Positions 30,437 through 40,880 are shown, counted from the stretch's first letter. The stretch is 64,000 nt of DNA from Neisseriales bacterium (GCA_016699915.1 CP064990.1:256671-320670), one strand, 5' to 3'. Made by a program: numbers and translations. The notes: generated by a model not told the origin, from the letters alone.

Positions 30437-31897
30437 ATGTTGCTTAACGATACAACAACTTCTCGACTCAATCTTATTCGACACATGGCTGACCAAGCCT
30501 TCTCGCGTTCTGCTGGCGCTCCGTTAGTTGGTGGCAATCATATCGAATTATTATTTGATAGCACACAAAATTTTCCTGCTTGGGAAAGAGCGATTACCCA
30601 AGCCCAACACCATATTTTTATTGAGATGTATATATTCTCAAATGGCAGATTTGGTTGCCATTTGCGGGATTTATTGATTAAAAAAGCAACCGAAGGCATA
30701 GCAATTTATCTTTTATATGATTGGTTTGGTTCATGCTACGAACATTATTTTGGTTTTTTTAAGCCTTTGCAAAAAGCAGGAGTGCATGTTCGCGTGTTTA
30801 ATAAACCCTCAACCAATCGTATTTTGCAACTTTTGCAGCGTGATCACCGCAAACTCATCATTATTGATGGCCATACAGCTTTTGTGTCTGGACTATGCAT
30901 TTCAAGCTTATGGGAGAGCCATGCATCAGGATCCACAAAAGTATGGCGCGATACGGGCACAAAACTGACGGGACCTATTGTAGCCGACGCTGTAGCTGCT
31001 TTTGCGGACAGTTGGAGCCGGTGTGGTGTACCACTTACCGAAAACCTGAAAAATATACAAACCATGCCTTGTGGATCGGTTCAAGCGCGACTCATTGCCA
31101 CAACACCCGATACGGTGAGTATGATGCGACTTGATGTATTAATTGCCAGTATTGCAAGGCATACTTTATGGATTACGGATGCTTATTTTATGGGTAGTGG
31201 TCTTTATATTAGCGCCTTAAAACATGCCGCAAGAGATGGTGTTGATGTGCGGATTTTAGTGCCACGCTCTTCGGATATTGGATGGATTGCTACCATTTCA
31301 CGAACGTTATATCGTCCGCTCATTGAGTCAGGGGTTCGTGTGTTTGAATGGAACGGCGCCATGATGCACGCTAAAACGGCTGTGGCTGACTTTAGGTGGT
31401 CAAGAATTGGGTCAACTAATTTGAACTTATTTAGTTGGCTTGCGAATCGTGAATTAGATGTTTCTATTGAAGACGAATTACTTTCTACAGAAATGGCTAC
31501 GCGTTTTTTGGACGATCTGAACAATGCCACAGAAATTGTATTGTCCGGATCAAGCCATCGCCTTAACCTTGCTTTGCCACGTCAGCACGAAGCGCCTTCA
31601 TTCATGCCATTACGCGGTCGAAGCGTTGCAAGTGCCAATGCTGTGGCTCGCCAAATTGTACGCATTAAAGATGTTTTGGGGGTGGTTGCAAGTGATACAA
31701 GAGCCGTTGAGAGTAGTGAAGCTCCTTCTTTTTTATTGATAGGGTTGTTTTTATGTTTGTTGGCTATGTTAATTGGCTGGTTTCCTCGCTTCATTGCTTG
31801 GCCATTGGCAGTTCTTATCGGTATATCAGGACTAGCGACGACGGTGCGATCCGTTATGCTGTATCGGGAACGTAGGCATCAGCGATCTTCAAAGTAA
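30437..31897 (+). CDS. phospholipase D / cardiolipin synthase-like protein with C-terminal TM anchor
   Basis: Two HKD motifs, 'HRKLIIIDG' and 'MHAKTAVADFRWSRIGSTNLN'. The C-terminal ~70 aa contain two hydrophobic helices ('FLLIGLFLCLLAMLIGWF', 'WPLAVLIGISGLATTV'). Confidence 0.8.
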   Translation: MLLNDTTTSRLNLIRHMADQAFSRSAGAPLVGGNHIELLFDSTQNFPAWERAITQAQHHIFIEMYIFSNGRFGCHLRDLLIKKATEGIAIYLLYDWFGSCYEHYFGFFKPLQKAGVHVRVFNKPSTNRILQLLQRDHRKLIIIDGHTAFVSGLCISSLWESHASGSTKVWRDTGTKLTGPIVADAVAAFADSWSRCGVPLTENLKNIQTMPCGSVQARLIATTPDTVSMMRLDVLIASIARHTLWITDAYFMGSGLYISALKHAARDGVDVRILVPRSSDIGWIATISRTLYRPLIESGVRVFEWNGAMMHAKTAVADFRWSRIGSTNLNLFSWLANRELDVSIEDELLSTEMATRFLDDLNNATEIVLSGSSHRLNLALPRQHEAPSFMPLRGRSVASANAVARQIVRIKDVLGVVASDTRAVESSEAPSFLLIGLFLCLLAMLIGWFPRFIAWPLAVLIGISGLATTVRSVMLYRERRHQRSSK

Positions 31898-31931
31898 CCT
31901 GCTCGTGGCTGTGGTGACAAATCCTTCTAGT

Positions 31932-34628
31932 TTAGTGTGCGGCTTCCCAATTATTGCCGGTTCCTACCCGAGCGACTAATGGGATTCTTAATTTTGCCAC
32001 ACCAGCAAAGAGGTGCGGCAATATGTTTTGCATCGCCTCTAACTCTGCTTCAGGTACCTCCACTACCAATTCATCATGTACCTGCATGATCAGCCGGGAT
32101 CTCATGTGATAGTTTTGCAACCATTTTTGTACAGCGATCATGGCTAATTTCATTAAATCGGCTGCTGTGCCTTGTATGGGTGCATTAATAGCAGCGCGTT
32201 CGGCACGCGTACGACGATTGTAGTTTGCTGAATCAAAATTGGTTTGATAAATACGTCGCCCGAATAACGTATCAACATAGCCATGTGTAGCGGCTTGTTT
32301 TTTTGTTTTTTCCATATACATGGCAACTTTCGGATAACGTATAAAGTAGCGATCAATAAACTCTTTGGCTTGTGCTTGTTCAATATGTAGTTGTTGAGCC
32401 AGCCCATAGGCACTCATACCATAGATTAAACCGAAGTTAATACCTTTAGCATAATTACGTTGTGCTTTGGTGACAGATGTAACAGGAATACCAAATATTT
32501 CACTAGCAGTTGCTTCGTGAATATCTTGTTCCCGAATGAAGGCTTCACACAGATTATTGTCTTCCGATAGATGCGCCATGATGCGTAGCTCAATTTGCGA
32601 GTAGTCAGCTGATACAATAAAAAAACCATCAGGCGCGATGAATGCTTCTCTTACGCGACGACCAGCAGTGGTTTTAACCGGAATATTTTGTAAATTTGGA
32701 TCATTACTTGCCAAGCGCCCTGTTACAACGACGGCTTGTGCATAATTGGTATGAATGCGTCCGGTTTTGGGATGAATTAATAAAGGCAGTTTATCGGTAT
32801 AAGTGGATTTAATTTTAGCAAGCGTTCGATATTCTAGGATGCGTTTAGCAATGGGGTAGTCAAGCGCTAGTTTTTCAAGAGCTGATTCATTGGTGGAATA
32901 GTCACCAGTTGGTGTTTTTTTAAGCCCTGTTGTTGCGATACCGAGTTTGTCAAATAGGATAACTTGTAGTTGTTTGGGAGAATTGATATTAAAAGGTTGT
33001 TGTGCTAAGTCATGAATTTGTTTTTCTAAATCAAGCATCTGTTCGCCTAATTCATGGCTTTGTAAGGCAAGTTGTGTTTTATCTATAAGGACGCCATTAC
33101 GCTCCATCGCAAATAAAATATCGGATATAGGTAATTCAATATTGTGGTAGAGCGCCTGTTGCATTGGCAATAATTTAGGCTTGAAAATGTGACAAAGCCG
33201 CAAAGTTATATCAGCATCTTCCGCTGCGTATGCTGTGGCCTTATCAATTGGTACAGCGGAAAAAGCAATTTTTTTTGCTCCTTTGCCACAAAGGGTTTCA
33301 TAGGGGATAGTTTGATAATGCAAATGGCGTTTTGCTAATGCATCAAGATTATGTGGTAGGTGGCTTTCTAGGACATAGGAAGCTAGTAAGGTGTCTTCTG
33401 CAATACCTTGCAGCGTGATGCCATGGTTAGCTAATACATGTCGATCATATTTGAGATGTTGTCCTACTTTTTTGTGCAGAGGGCTTTCTAGCCAAGGTTT
33501 TAATTGATTTAAGGTACTATCCAGTGCAAGTTGTGGTGGAGCATCTGTATATTGATGCATCAGAGGCAGATAATACGCTTCATGGGTGTGATAGCTAAAA
33601 CTCATACCAACCAACTGTGCCGACAAGGGATTTAGGCTGGTTGATTCAGTATCGAATCCGACAAGATCTGCTTGCATTAAATCGGTCAGTAATGTGGACA
33701 ATGCTTCTTGTGTTAGGATGCACTGATAGGATGTTGATGGAATATCCGTAGCATGAGAAATAGTCTGTTCGGGTGGCTGGATTTTAGCTAATAGTGACTG
33801 AAAACCATGTTGTTGGAATAGTGTTGCCAATGCTTTATAGTCAGGTGGCTGACGATTGAGACTATCCATGCCATGGGGTAGTACCGCGGATAGGTCTATA
33901 TCGCATTGGATGGTAATGAGTCGCTGAAAAAGGGGTAACTGAGTTAGCGTTTTACGTAGCGCGTTTCCGACAGCACCTTCAATAGACGATGCAGCGTTTA
34001 TAATACCCTGTAAATTGCCGTAAGTTTTGAGCCACTTGATCGCGGTTTTAGGCCCACATTGCGGAACGCCTGGAATGTTATCTGCTGTGTCGCCAATAAG
34101 CGTAAGATAGTCAACGATCTGTTCAGGTAAAACGCCAAATTTTTTCTCAATACCGGCCTTGTCCAACTGTTCCGCATGCATTGTATTGATCAAAGAGACT
34201 TGTGGATTAACAAGTTGCGCAAAATCTTTGTCGCTTGTTGCAATAATTACTTGCCATCCCAATGCGGTTGCTTGTCTGGTTAATGTACCAATCACATCGT
34301 CTGCTTCGACATGGGGCAAGGTAATCACTGGCCAACCCATCGTAGAGACTAAATGATGTACGGGTGCAATTTGAACCACTAAGTCACTTGGCATAGCCGC
34401 CCGCTGGGCTTTGTAGGGCGGGTATAGTTCGTGGCGAAACGTTTTTCCCCATGTATCAAATACACAAGCACTGTGGTCAAATGCTATCGTTTGTGATAGT
34501 TGTTGTAGCATGTTAACGATACCGTACAATGCACCTGTTGGTTCATGATCAGGTGAACGTAAATCGGGCATCGCATAAAATGCTCGGTATAAATAGGAAG
34601 AACCGTCAATAAGGAGCAGAGTGTGCAT
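31932..34628 (-). CDS. polA: DNA polymerase I
   Basis: 898 aa. A 5' nuclease domain, 3'-5' exo 'GFDTESTSL', and polymerase motifs 'DYSQIELRIMAH' and 'QVHDELVVE'. Confidence 0.98.
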   Translation of the reverse strand: MHTLLLIDGSSYLYRAFYAMPDLRSPDHEPTGALYGIVNMLQQLSQTIAFDHSACVFDTWGKTFRHELYPPYKAQRAAMPSDLVVQIAPVHHLVSTMGWPVITLPHVEADDVIGTLTRQATALGWQVIIATSDKDFAQLVNPQVSLINTMHAEQLDKAGIEKKFGVLPEQIVDYLTLIGDTADNIPGVPQCGPKTAIKWLKTYGNLQGIINAASSIEGAVGNALRKTLTQLPLFQRLITIQCDIDLSAVLPHGMDSLNRQPPDYKALATLFQQHGFQSLLAKIQPPEQTISHATDIPSTSYQCILTQEALSTLLTDLMQADLVGFDTESTSLNPLSAQLVGMSFSYHTHEAYYLPLMHQYTDAPPQLALDSTLNQLKPWLESPLHKKVGQHLKYDRHVLANHGITLQGIAEDTLLASYVLESHLPHNLDALAKRHLHYQTIPYETLCGKGAKKIAFSAVPIDKATAYAAEDADITLRLCHIFKPKLLPMQQALYHNIELPISDILFAMERNGVLIDKTQLALQSHELGEQMLDLEKQIHDLAQQPFNINSPKQLQVILFDKLGIATTGLKKTPTGDYSTNESALEKLALDYPIAKRILEYRTLAKIKSTYTDKLPLLIHPKTGRIHTNYAQAVVVTGRLASNDPNLQNIPVKTTAGRRVREAFIAPDGFFIVSADYSQIELRIMAHLSEDNNLCEAFIREQDIHEATASEIFGIPVTSVTKAQRNYAKGINFGLIYGMSAYGLAQQLHIEQAQAKEFIDRYFIRYPKVAMYMEKTKKQAATHGYVDTLFGRRIYQTNFDSANYNRRTRAERAAINAPIQGTAADLMKLAMIAVQKWLQNYHMRSRLIMQVHDELVVEVPEAELEAMQNILPHLFAGVAKLRIPLVARVGTGNNWEAAH

Positions 34629-34730
34629 AATAGGTGATTATAAAATTGGTAAGGATCGCTGTACCAGTGATACATTGTTTAGTTACTATACCCCACTTTA
34701 ACGGTTCATATTGATGACAGGTTAGTATTC

Positions 34731-35669
34731 ATGTCAGTTTACACCAGTGTGTTATCAGAAGAGCTTGTCAAATGGCTGGATTCTTACGAATTATCTGGCT
34801 CAGTGCTACTTGAGCCTATTTTAGAAGGCATTACCAACTCTAATTATTTTGTCATATTGCCTGACCGAAAGCTCGTGCTAACCTTGTTTGAGGTTATTAC
34901 ACAAAAAGAGGCTGTATTTTATCTTAAGTTGATGCATTATTTGACTTCACAAGGTGTGCCATGCCCCCTGCCTTTAAAAGATAAATGGGGGCATTTTGTT
35001 TCCATGCTTGCCAATAAACCTGCCTGCCTAGTGACTTATTTACCGGGTAAAGCAGTGGATCAACCTAGTGTTGCGCAATGTCAAGCTGTGGGTAAGCAGT
35101 TAGCAGCAATGCATATCACAGGCCAAGCTTTTCCCCATCGCATGATCAATTCTCGAGGGCTGGCTTGGTGGAATCAGACTGCTCAGCGTCTTTATCCATT
35201 GTTATCAACCAGTGATGCCAAACTACTTTGCGAAGAAATTGATTTTCAAAATGAACACCAAGCATTGGCGCTTCCAAAAGGTATTATCCATACTGACCTT
35301 TTTAAAGATAATGTATTGATGGATCAAGACCAAGTGGCTGGATTCATTGATTTTTATTATGCTTGTTACGATTATTTGCTTTATGACATCGCTATTACGC
35401 TTAATAGCTGGGCTGGTTTACCAACAGGTGATATTGATGAAAAAAAAGCACAAGCACTCTTAAAAGGTTATCAAAGCGTACGAACCTTACATCAAGCAGA
35501 AATAAAGGCTTTGCCAGCTATGTTACGTGCTGCTGCTTTACGTTTTTGGTTGTCGCGTTTACACGATGCGTTTTACCCGATGCCCGGTGAGATGACTCAT
35601 ACCAAAGATCCCACAATTTTTCGTTTCATGCTATGCAAGCATCGTTTACGTAGCAAGTTTTGGCTGTGA
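34731..35669 (+). CDS. thrB: homoserine kinase, APH/ChoK-type (Pseudomonas-type ThrB)
   Basis: 'EGITNSNYFV', 'IHTDLFKDNVLMD', 'GFIDFYYAC' and 'RFWLSRL', collinear with the type II ThrB I recall. Confidence 0.85.
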   Translation: MSVYTSVLSEELVKWLDSYELSGSVLLEPILEGITNSNYFVILPDRKLVLTLFEVITQKEAVFYLKLMHYLTSQGVPCPLPLKDKWGHFVSMLANKPACLVTYLPGKAVDQPSVAQCQAVGKQLAAMHITGQAFPHRMINSRGLAWWNQTAQRLYPLLSTSDAKLLCEEIDFQNEHQALALPKGIIHTDLFKDNVLMDQDQVAGFIDFYYACYDYLLYDIAITLNSWAGLPTGDIDEKKAQALLKGYQSVRTLHQAEIKALPAMLRAAALRFWLSRLHDAFYPMPGEMTHTKDPTIFRFMLCKHRLRSKFWL

Positions 35670-36243
35670 GATACTTTCTTTAACACTGTTTAATGGATTT
35701 TGAATATTACGATGATGACCATGGCTGACTTTTGAAATGACCAGTAAAGAAAAAACACCCACCAAATCAGCGTGCGGTTATTTTTTACATTTTTCTAACC
35801 TTTTTCAAAAATACTCAAAATCACATGAGTGAAAAATAAATATAAAACAGAAAAAATAAAAAATCCCCCATCTTGTTTTTATCGTCTATTGCATTATGTA
35901 TGTGAACCAGTAAAGTAATAGCATAAGTGTAGAAAGTTGCAAATAAAATACAGATCTTTTAAAAGTCTATTTCACTGTTCCTTTTTTTTAATAATCTATT
36001 TTGCTACTAATCCAATCCGATCCTGCTTTTCGCTGACAAAGCCGAAAAAACTTTCATGACAACTGAAAATTTGACCAGCAATTTTAAATGTGTCAAGGTG
36101 ATACAGGGAAACTGCAAAAAATATTTCAAGCTATACAACACTTCAATCAACATATTCCATTACTTGAAATAATTAGGGTACAGTAGTGGTATGATTGTAT
36201 ACCTACTTTGGTTTATATTTTTTTAGTGAAAGGTTATATGATT

Positions 36244-36828
36244 ATGGCACATCAATTACCCGCTCTTTCTTATTCGTTGGATGGGTTAGCCCCCATACTT
36301 TCCAAAGAGACATTGGAATATCACTATGGCAAACATCATCAAACATATGTTACTAATCTCAATAATATGATTAAAGGCACGGAATTTGAAAACGCGAGTC
36401 TAATAGATATTATTAAGCAATCATCGGGCGCTGTATTTAATAATGCTGCACAAATCTGGAATCATAATTTTTATTGGAATAGTGTTTGTCCTAAAACAGG
36501 CAGTGGTGTTCCATTTGGTCAGCTTTTTATTGCTATTGAAGCAAGATGGGGCTCTTTTGAGGGTTTTAAGCAAGCATTTAATGCCTGTGCACTGGGTACG
36601 TTTGGTTCTGGATGGGCGTGGCTTGTCAAAAATCCAGATGGCAAATTAGATCTGTTGTCTACTTCAAATGCAAATACGCCACTTACTACAGACAAAAAGC
36701 CTTTATTGACTTGCGACGTGTGGGAGCATGCCTATTACATTGATTATCGTAATAGCCGACAAAATTATCTTGAAGCTTTTTGGCAAATTGTTAATTGGGA
36801 TTTTGCAGAGCGTAATTTTTCTCTTTAA
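36244..36828 (+). CDS. sodB: iron superoxide dismutase
   Basis: '[10 protein letters not shown]', '[11 protein letters not shown]' and '[11 protein letters not shown]'. The RBS GAAAGG is 11 nt upstream of ATG 36244; the track ORF starts earlier at TTG 36208. Confidence 0.93.
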   Translation: MAHQLPALSYSLDGLAPILSKETLEYHYGKHHQTYVTNLNNMIKGTEFENASLIDIIKQSSGAVFNNAAQIWNHNFYWNSVCPKTGSGVPFGQLFIAIEARWGSFEGFKQAFNACALGTFGSGWAWLVKNPDGKLDLLSTSNANTPLTTDKKPLLTCDVWEHAYYIDYRNSRQNYLEAFWQIVNWDFAERNFSL

Positions 36829-36843
36829 ATATTTGTTGTTGGT

Positions 36844-36879
36844 ATGCCACATGATCCGTCTTAGCAGGTCATGTGGCAT
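36844..36879 (+). terminator. hairpin downstream of sodB (possible terminator, weak U-tract)
   Basis: An 11-bp perfect stem, ATGCCACATGA (36844-36854) / TCATGTGGCAT (36869-36879), with a 14-nt loop. It is followed by CATGTTTAAG, which is not a strong T-run. Confidence 0.4.
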
Positions 36880-36920
36880 CATGTTTAAGTATCCTTTGTT
36901 CATTTTACTAAGTATTTGGC

Positions 36921-37622
36921 ATGTATAGTATGGATCCATTGGAAGTTAAAAAATTCGATCAATTAGCCCATGATTGGTGGGATCCATCTGGTGTTTTTTG
37001 TACGCTGCACACTCTTAATCCAGTGCGCTTGCAATATATGCAACGTTTTGTAAGTTGGTCGAATAAAACCGTATTGGATGTTGGATGCGGTGGTGGTATC
37101 TTGTCAGAAGCCATGGCTACACAGGGCGCCAGAGTAACTGGTATTGATTTATCCAGGTCATCCATTGCCGTGGCAAAACGCCATAGCCGAAAGATGACAA
37201 ATTCTATTGATTACCGGTGTATGGCAGTTGAAACATTGCTTAAGATCATGCCAAAGTCTTTTGATATTGTGGTTTGTATGGAAATGTTGGAGCACACAAC
37301 CGAACCACAGCATGTGGTACAGGCATGTGCTCGTTTGACCAAACCAAATGGTTGGGTATTTTTTTCAACAATTAACCGCAATTTGCCTGCATATTTGGGT
37401 GCTGTACTGGTTGCTGAATATGTGCTTGGATTATTGCCAAAGGGCATGCATCGCTATGAGCGTTTCATTACTCCTGCTGAGTTAATGGATATGGTACGCA
37501 ATACGAGTTCACTCATATTGCAAAACTTATCCGGTTTATTTTACAATCCCTTTAGTCGGTATTGTCGTTTTACCGAACGACCTACCATCAATTATTTTGC
37601 AGCATTAAAGAATGGTAAATAA
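36921..37622 (+). CDS. ubiG: bifunctional ubiquinone biosynthesis O-methyltransferase
   Basis: 'WWDPSGVF', 'VLDVGCGGGILSE', 'CMEMLEH' and 'FFSTINRN', collinear with E. coli UbiG. Confidence 0.92.
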   Translation: MYSMDPLEVKKFDQLAHDWWDPSGVFCTLHTLNPVRLQYMQRFVSWSNKTVLDVGCGGGILSEAMATQGARVTGIDLSRSSIAVAKRHSRKMTNSIDYRCMAVETLLKIMPKSFDIVVCMEMLEHTTEPQHVVQACARLTKPNGWVFFSTINRNLPAYLGAVLVAEYVLGLLPKGMHRYERFITPAELMDMVRNTSSLILQNLSGLFYNPFSRYCRFTERPTINYFAALKNGK

Positions 37623-37653
37623 TCTCATTATATTAAAAGATTGATTGTCCTTT

Positions 37654-38202
37654 TTAGCTTCTTACCCCCTGACTTAATCCCATTTCTCCCTTAAACACTT
37701 GATCTTGGTTTAATAAGATTTGCTGAAGGTTCGCTTTGATACGCATCACGGAAGATACGCCATGCTGTAATTGATAGTCTAGATTGACTTGTGTTGAAAA
37801 TGGTACAGCAATGCAGTTTGTAAACATAATTGATCGCTCGTAGTATAAGTGAACTCACCTTGTGTGCAGAAGTCCTCTAGAATGGATGGAGCAATCAGGG
37901 TAAAGGTTGTATGTTCTTGGTATTGTTTTCAATAACGGTGATATGGCTCGATGATCCAAAACCATAGTCTAAGGCAACGCAGGAAATCAAGGTACCCAAC
38001 TTGCTTGGCAATAGAATAATCCAACGTGCCTTTGTAAAACTGCGCTGATGAAGTGTTTGTTTTGCTAAAAGGTATCCTTATAGTGCCGATAGCCTAAATC
38101 AAAAGTAGGGCTAAAGGTTAAAACCACAAACATTTTTTCCAATTTTTTCCTCAAAGCACTCAAAGCAGTAATGCTACAACCAATCACCAATAAGTTACCC
38201 AT
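37654..38202 (-). pseudogene. ddl: probable heavily eroded D-alanine--D-alanine ligase remnant
   Basis: There is no ORF of 60 aa or more, yet minus-strand translation gives four collinear Ddl-like blocks in shifting frames. They are 'GCSITALSALRKKLEKM' (cf. SGVxASALSMDKLRSK), 'IRIPFS..FYKGTLDYSIAKQ' (cf. IRIQPSGTFYDYEAKY), 'QYQEHTTFTLIAPSIL...LQTALL' (cf. KYLSDETQYFCPAGL...LQALVL) and 'FSTQVNL...HGVSSVMRIKANLQQILL' (cf. LLEANT...AGMSFSQLVVRILE). The position directly downstream of murC is where ddl normally lies. Confidence 0.55.
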
Positions 38203-38309
38203 TAATATCAGATAAATAATTTTAATTACTAATGAAGTTTTTCGAGGAAAGGGGTCATTAATAAAAAAAACTTTGGTAGCGTGGGAGTATAGTAATTTTA
38301 CAGCCTCTT

Positions 38310-39728
38310 TTATAAGCGATTGGTAGCTGATTGTACAATGCAGTTAGGCACGCTGCTGATAGATCCAGCGCCCATTGTTACCACGACATCATTTGCTTCC
38401 ACCATATCCAATATTTGATCGGGGATTGCTCGGATGGATTCGATAAAAAGTGGCTCAACTTTACCTGCCACGCGAATCGCTCTTGCTAAGGCTCGGCTAT
38501 CCGACGCAATAAGTGGCATTTCGCCTGCCGCATATACTTCAGTTAATATCAAAATATCGGTACGTGACAACACGTGCACGAAATCTTCGAATAAATCTCG
38601 TGTACGTGTATAGCGGTGCGGCTGAAAAATTAGGATTAAACGTCTGCCAACAAAAGCATGCCGAAGCGCTAAAATAGTTGCCGAAATTTCAGTAGGATGA
38701 TGACTATAATCATCGATCAACGTAAAATACCCGTTGTGAACTGGTAAGTTGCCATAGGATTGAAAACGTCTACCCACTCCTGAGAAGCTTTCAAGCCCAA
38801 TTTTAATGATCTGTTCATCAACGCCACACTCTAAACCCACTGCAACGGCTGCTAGTGCATTCAGTATATTATGGTGCCCTGGCATATTGAGTGTTACAGG
38901 AAAACAGGGATCTTTTTGGTTGTCAAATAGACCTTGTATTACTACATCAAAACGTGTTTGCATACCTATTGTACGGATATTTTTTGCACATAAATTCGCT
39001 TGGCTATCTATACCATAAGTTGTGATCGGTTTTGCTATACTGGGTAATATTGATTGAATATGTGGATCATCTAAACAGAGTATTGCGCGTCCATAAAATG
39101 GCAAACGGTTCAAAAAATCAATAAAAGCTTGTTTGAGTTTATCAAAATCATGGTGATAGGTTGCCATGTGATCTGAATCAATGTTTGTTACAACAGCAAT
39201 AACTGGCGTTAAATATAAAAACGATGCATCCGATTCATCCGCTTCCACTAACATAAATTCTCCAAGCCCTAACTGTGCATTGGACCCAGCTGCCAACAGT
39301 TTTCCACCAATGATGAAAGTCGGATCCAAATTGGCTGCTGCTAATACCGACGCGGCCAGACTGGTAGTTGTTGTTTTGCCATGCGTGCCTGCAATCGCAA
39401 TGCCCTGCTTAAAACGCATTAATTCGGCTAACATCATGGCGCGTGGTACAACGGGAATGTGTGCATGGATTGCTGCGCATAATTCAGGATTAGTTGGCTC
39501 AATAGCGCTAGACACCACAACTACATCCGTAGGTTCCAAAAGTGTTGTTCGATGACCAATCACAATGTGAGCGCCCATTTTAATCAACCGCCCAACCAAT
39601 GGACTATCTGAAATATCCGAACCCGATATGGTATAACCCAGCTTTAGCAATACTTCAGCAATGCCGGACATGCCAATACCACCGATGCCGATAAAATGGA
39701 TATGTTTAATTTTATGTTTCATCATCAA
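38310..39728 (-). CDS. murC: UDP-N-acetylmuramate--L-alanine ligase
   Basis: 'IHFIGIGGIGMSGIAE' and 'AGTHGKTTTT'. 472 aa. Confidence 0.96.
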   Translation of the reverse strand: MMMKHKIKHIHFIGIGGIGMSGIAEVLLKLGYTISGSDISDSPLVGRLIKMGAHIVIGHRTTLLEPTDVVVVSSAIEPTNPELCAAIHAHIPVVPRAMMLAELMRFKQGIAIAGTHGKTTTTSLAASVLAAANLDPTFIIGGKLLAAGSNAQLGLGEFMLVEADESDASFLYLTPVIAVVTNIDSDHMATYHHDFDKLKQAFIDFLNRLPFYGRAILCLDDPHIQSILPSIAKPITTYGIDSQANLCAKNIRTIGMQTRFDVVIQGLFDNQKDPCFPVTLNMPGHHNILNALAAVAVGLECGVDEQIIKIGLESFSGVGRRFQSYGNLPVHNGYFTLIDDYSHHPTEISATILALRHAFVGRRLILIFQPHRYTRTRDLFEDFVHVLSRTDILILTEVYAAGEMPLIASDSRALARAIRVAGKVEPLFIESIRAIPDQILDMVEANDVVVTMGAGSISSVPNCIVQSATNRL

Positions 39729-39806
39729 AACTTTGTAATTAACTAAAGCGCTCTGTCATCTTTATCTGATTTTGCAATATCAACCAAGCATCGCTTAGCC
39801 TTTTTT

Positions 39807-40880
39807 CTAAGGCGGTAATAAGGATTCACAAATATCGGCGATGCGCTCGCACGCATTGATTGAGGCAATGCTACGTGCCGCATTGGCCATTTTTAGGCAT
39901 TGTGCTCGGGTTAGTTTGTTGAGCCATTGCGCCACATTGTGTGGTGAAAATTCTCTCTGCGGTACAATATGCGCCGCACCTGCAAGAGACAGTAATTGGG
40001 CGTTACGTGTTTGGTGATCATCTGCTGCAAAAGGATAGGGCACCAATAAACTCCCTACCCCTGCTGCCGCTAATTCTGCAACAGTTAATGCACCTGCTCG
40101 ACATAACACAATATCAGCTTTGGCGTACTCATCTGCAATATGATCAATAAAAGCACGGCAGTCTGCCTCAATGTTCAATTGTGCATAGCGATTATTGAGC
40201 GCATCAATTTGTTGAACACCTGCCTGATGTACAACATGTAAACGTTGCGCGTCAGGCAATAATAAGGCAAGCGCTTGCGGCAAAACGTCATTGAATATTT
40301 GAGCTCCTAAACTACCGCCGATCACCAGTAGGCGCAAAGCGCCTTCCCTAGCCTGAAAACGCTTGTCTGGATTGGGCAGTCTTGCAATAGCTGATCTAAC
40401 CGGATTACCCACGCAACCTTCAGGGTCAGAAAATACGCCTGGGAAAGCATATAACGTGCGATGGGCAAAATAAGATAATACTTTGTTAGTCAAGCCAGCA
40501 ACGGCATTTTGTTCGTGAATCACGAGGGGCTTACCCATTAAACGTACTGCAACAGCACCTGGAAATGCCGCATACCCGCCAAAACCAATGGCTACATCAA
40601 ATGGGCGTTTGATAAAAAGCTTTTGTGCATCGTAAATTGCTCGCGCAACAGTAAATGGTGCGAGACATTGTCGCATCAAACCATTGCCTCGTAAGCCGTG
40701 AATTGTGATGGTTTCTAGTTCAATACCATGCTGAGGGATCAGATGATTTTCCATTCCCATTTTGCTACCCAGCCATACCGTTTTCCAGCCACGATTACGT
40801 AATGTTTCGGCAACCGCTAAACCAGGAAAAATATGTCCACCAGTGCCACCCGCCATAATCATCGCCGTGTAGGTTTTCAT
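39807..40880 (-). CDS. murG: undecaprenyldiphospho-muramoylpentapeptide beta-N-acetylglucosaminyltransferase
   Basis: 'MAGGTGGHIFPGLAVA'. 357 aa, in dcw cluster context. Confidence 0.96.
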   Translation of the reverse strand: MKTYTAMIMAGGTGGHIFPGLAVAETLRNRGWKTVWLGSKMGMENHLIPQHGIELETITIHGLRGNGLMRQCLAPFTVARAIYDAQKLFIKRPFDVAIGFGGYAAFPGAVAVRLMGKPLVIHEQNAVAGLTNKVLSYFAHRTLYAFPGVFSDPEGCVGNPVRSAIARLPNPDKRFQAREGALRLLVIGGSLGAQIFNDVLPQALALLLPDAQRLHVVHQAGVQQIDALNNRYAQLNIEADCRAFIDHIADEYAKADIVLCRAGALTVAELAAAGVGSLLVPYPFAADDHQTRNAQLLSLAGAAHIVPQREFSPHNVAQWLNKLTRAQCLKMANAARSIASINACERIADICESLLPP

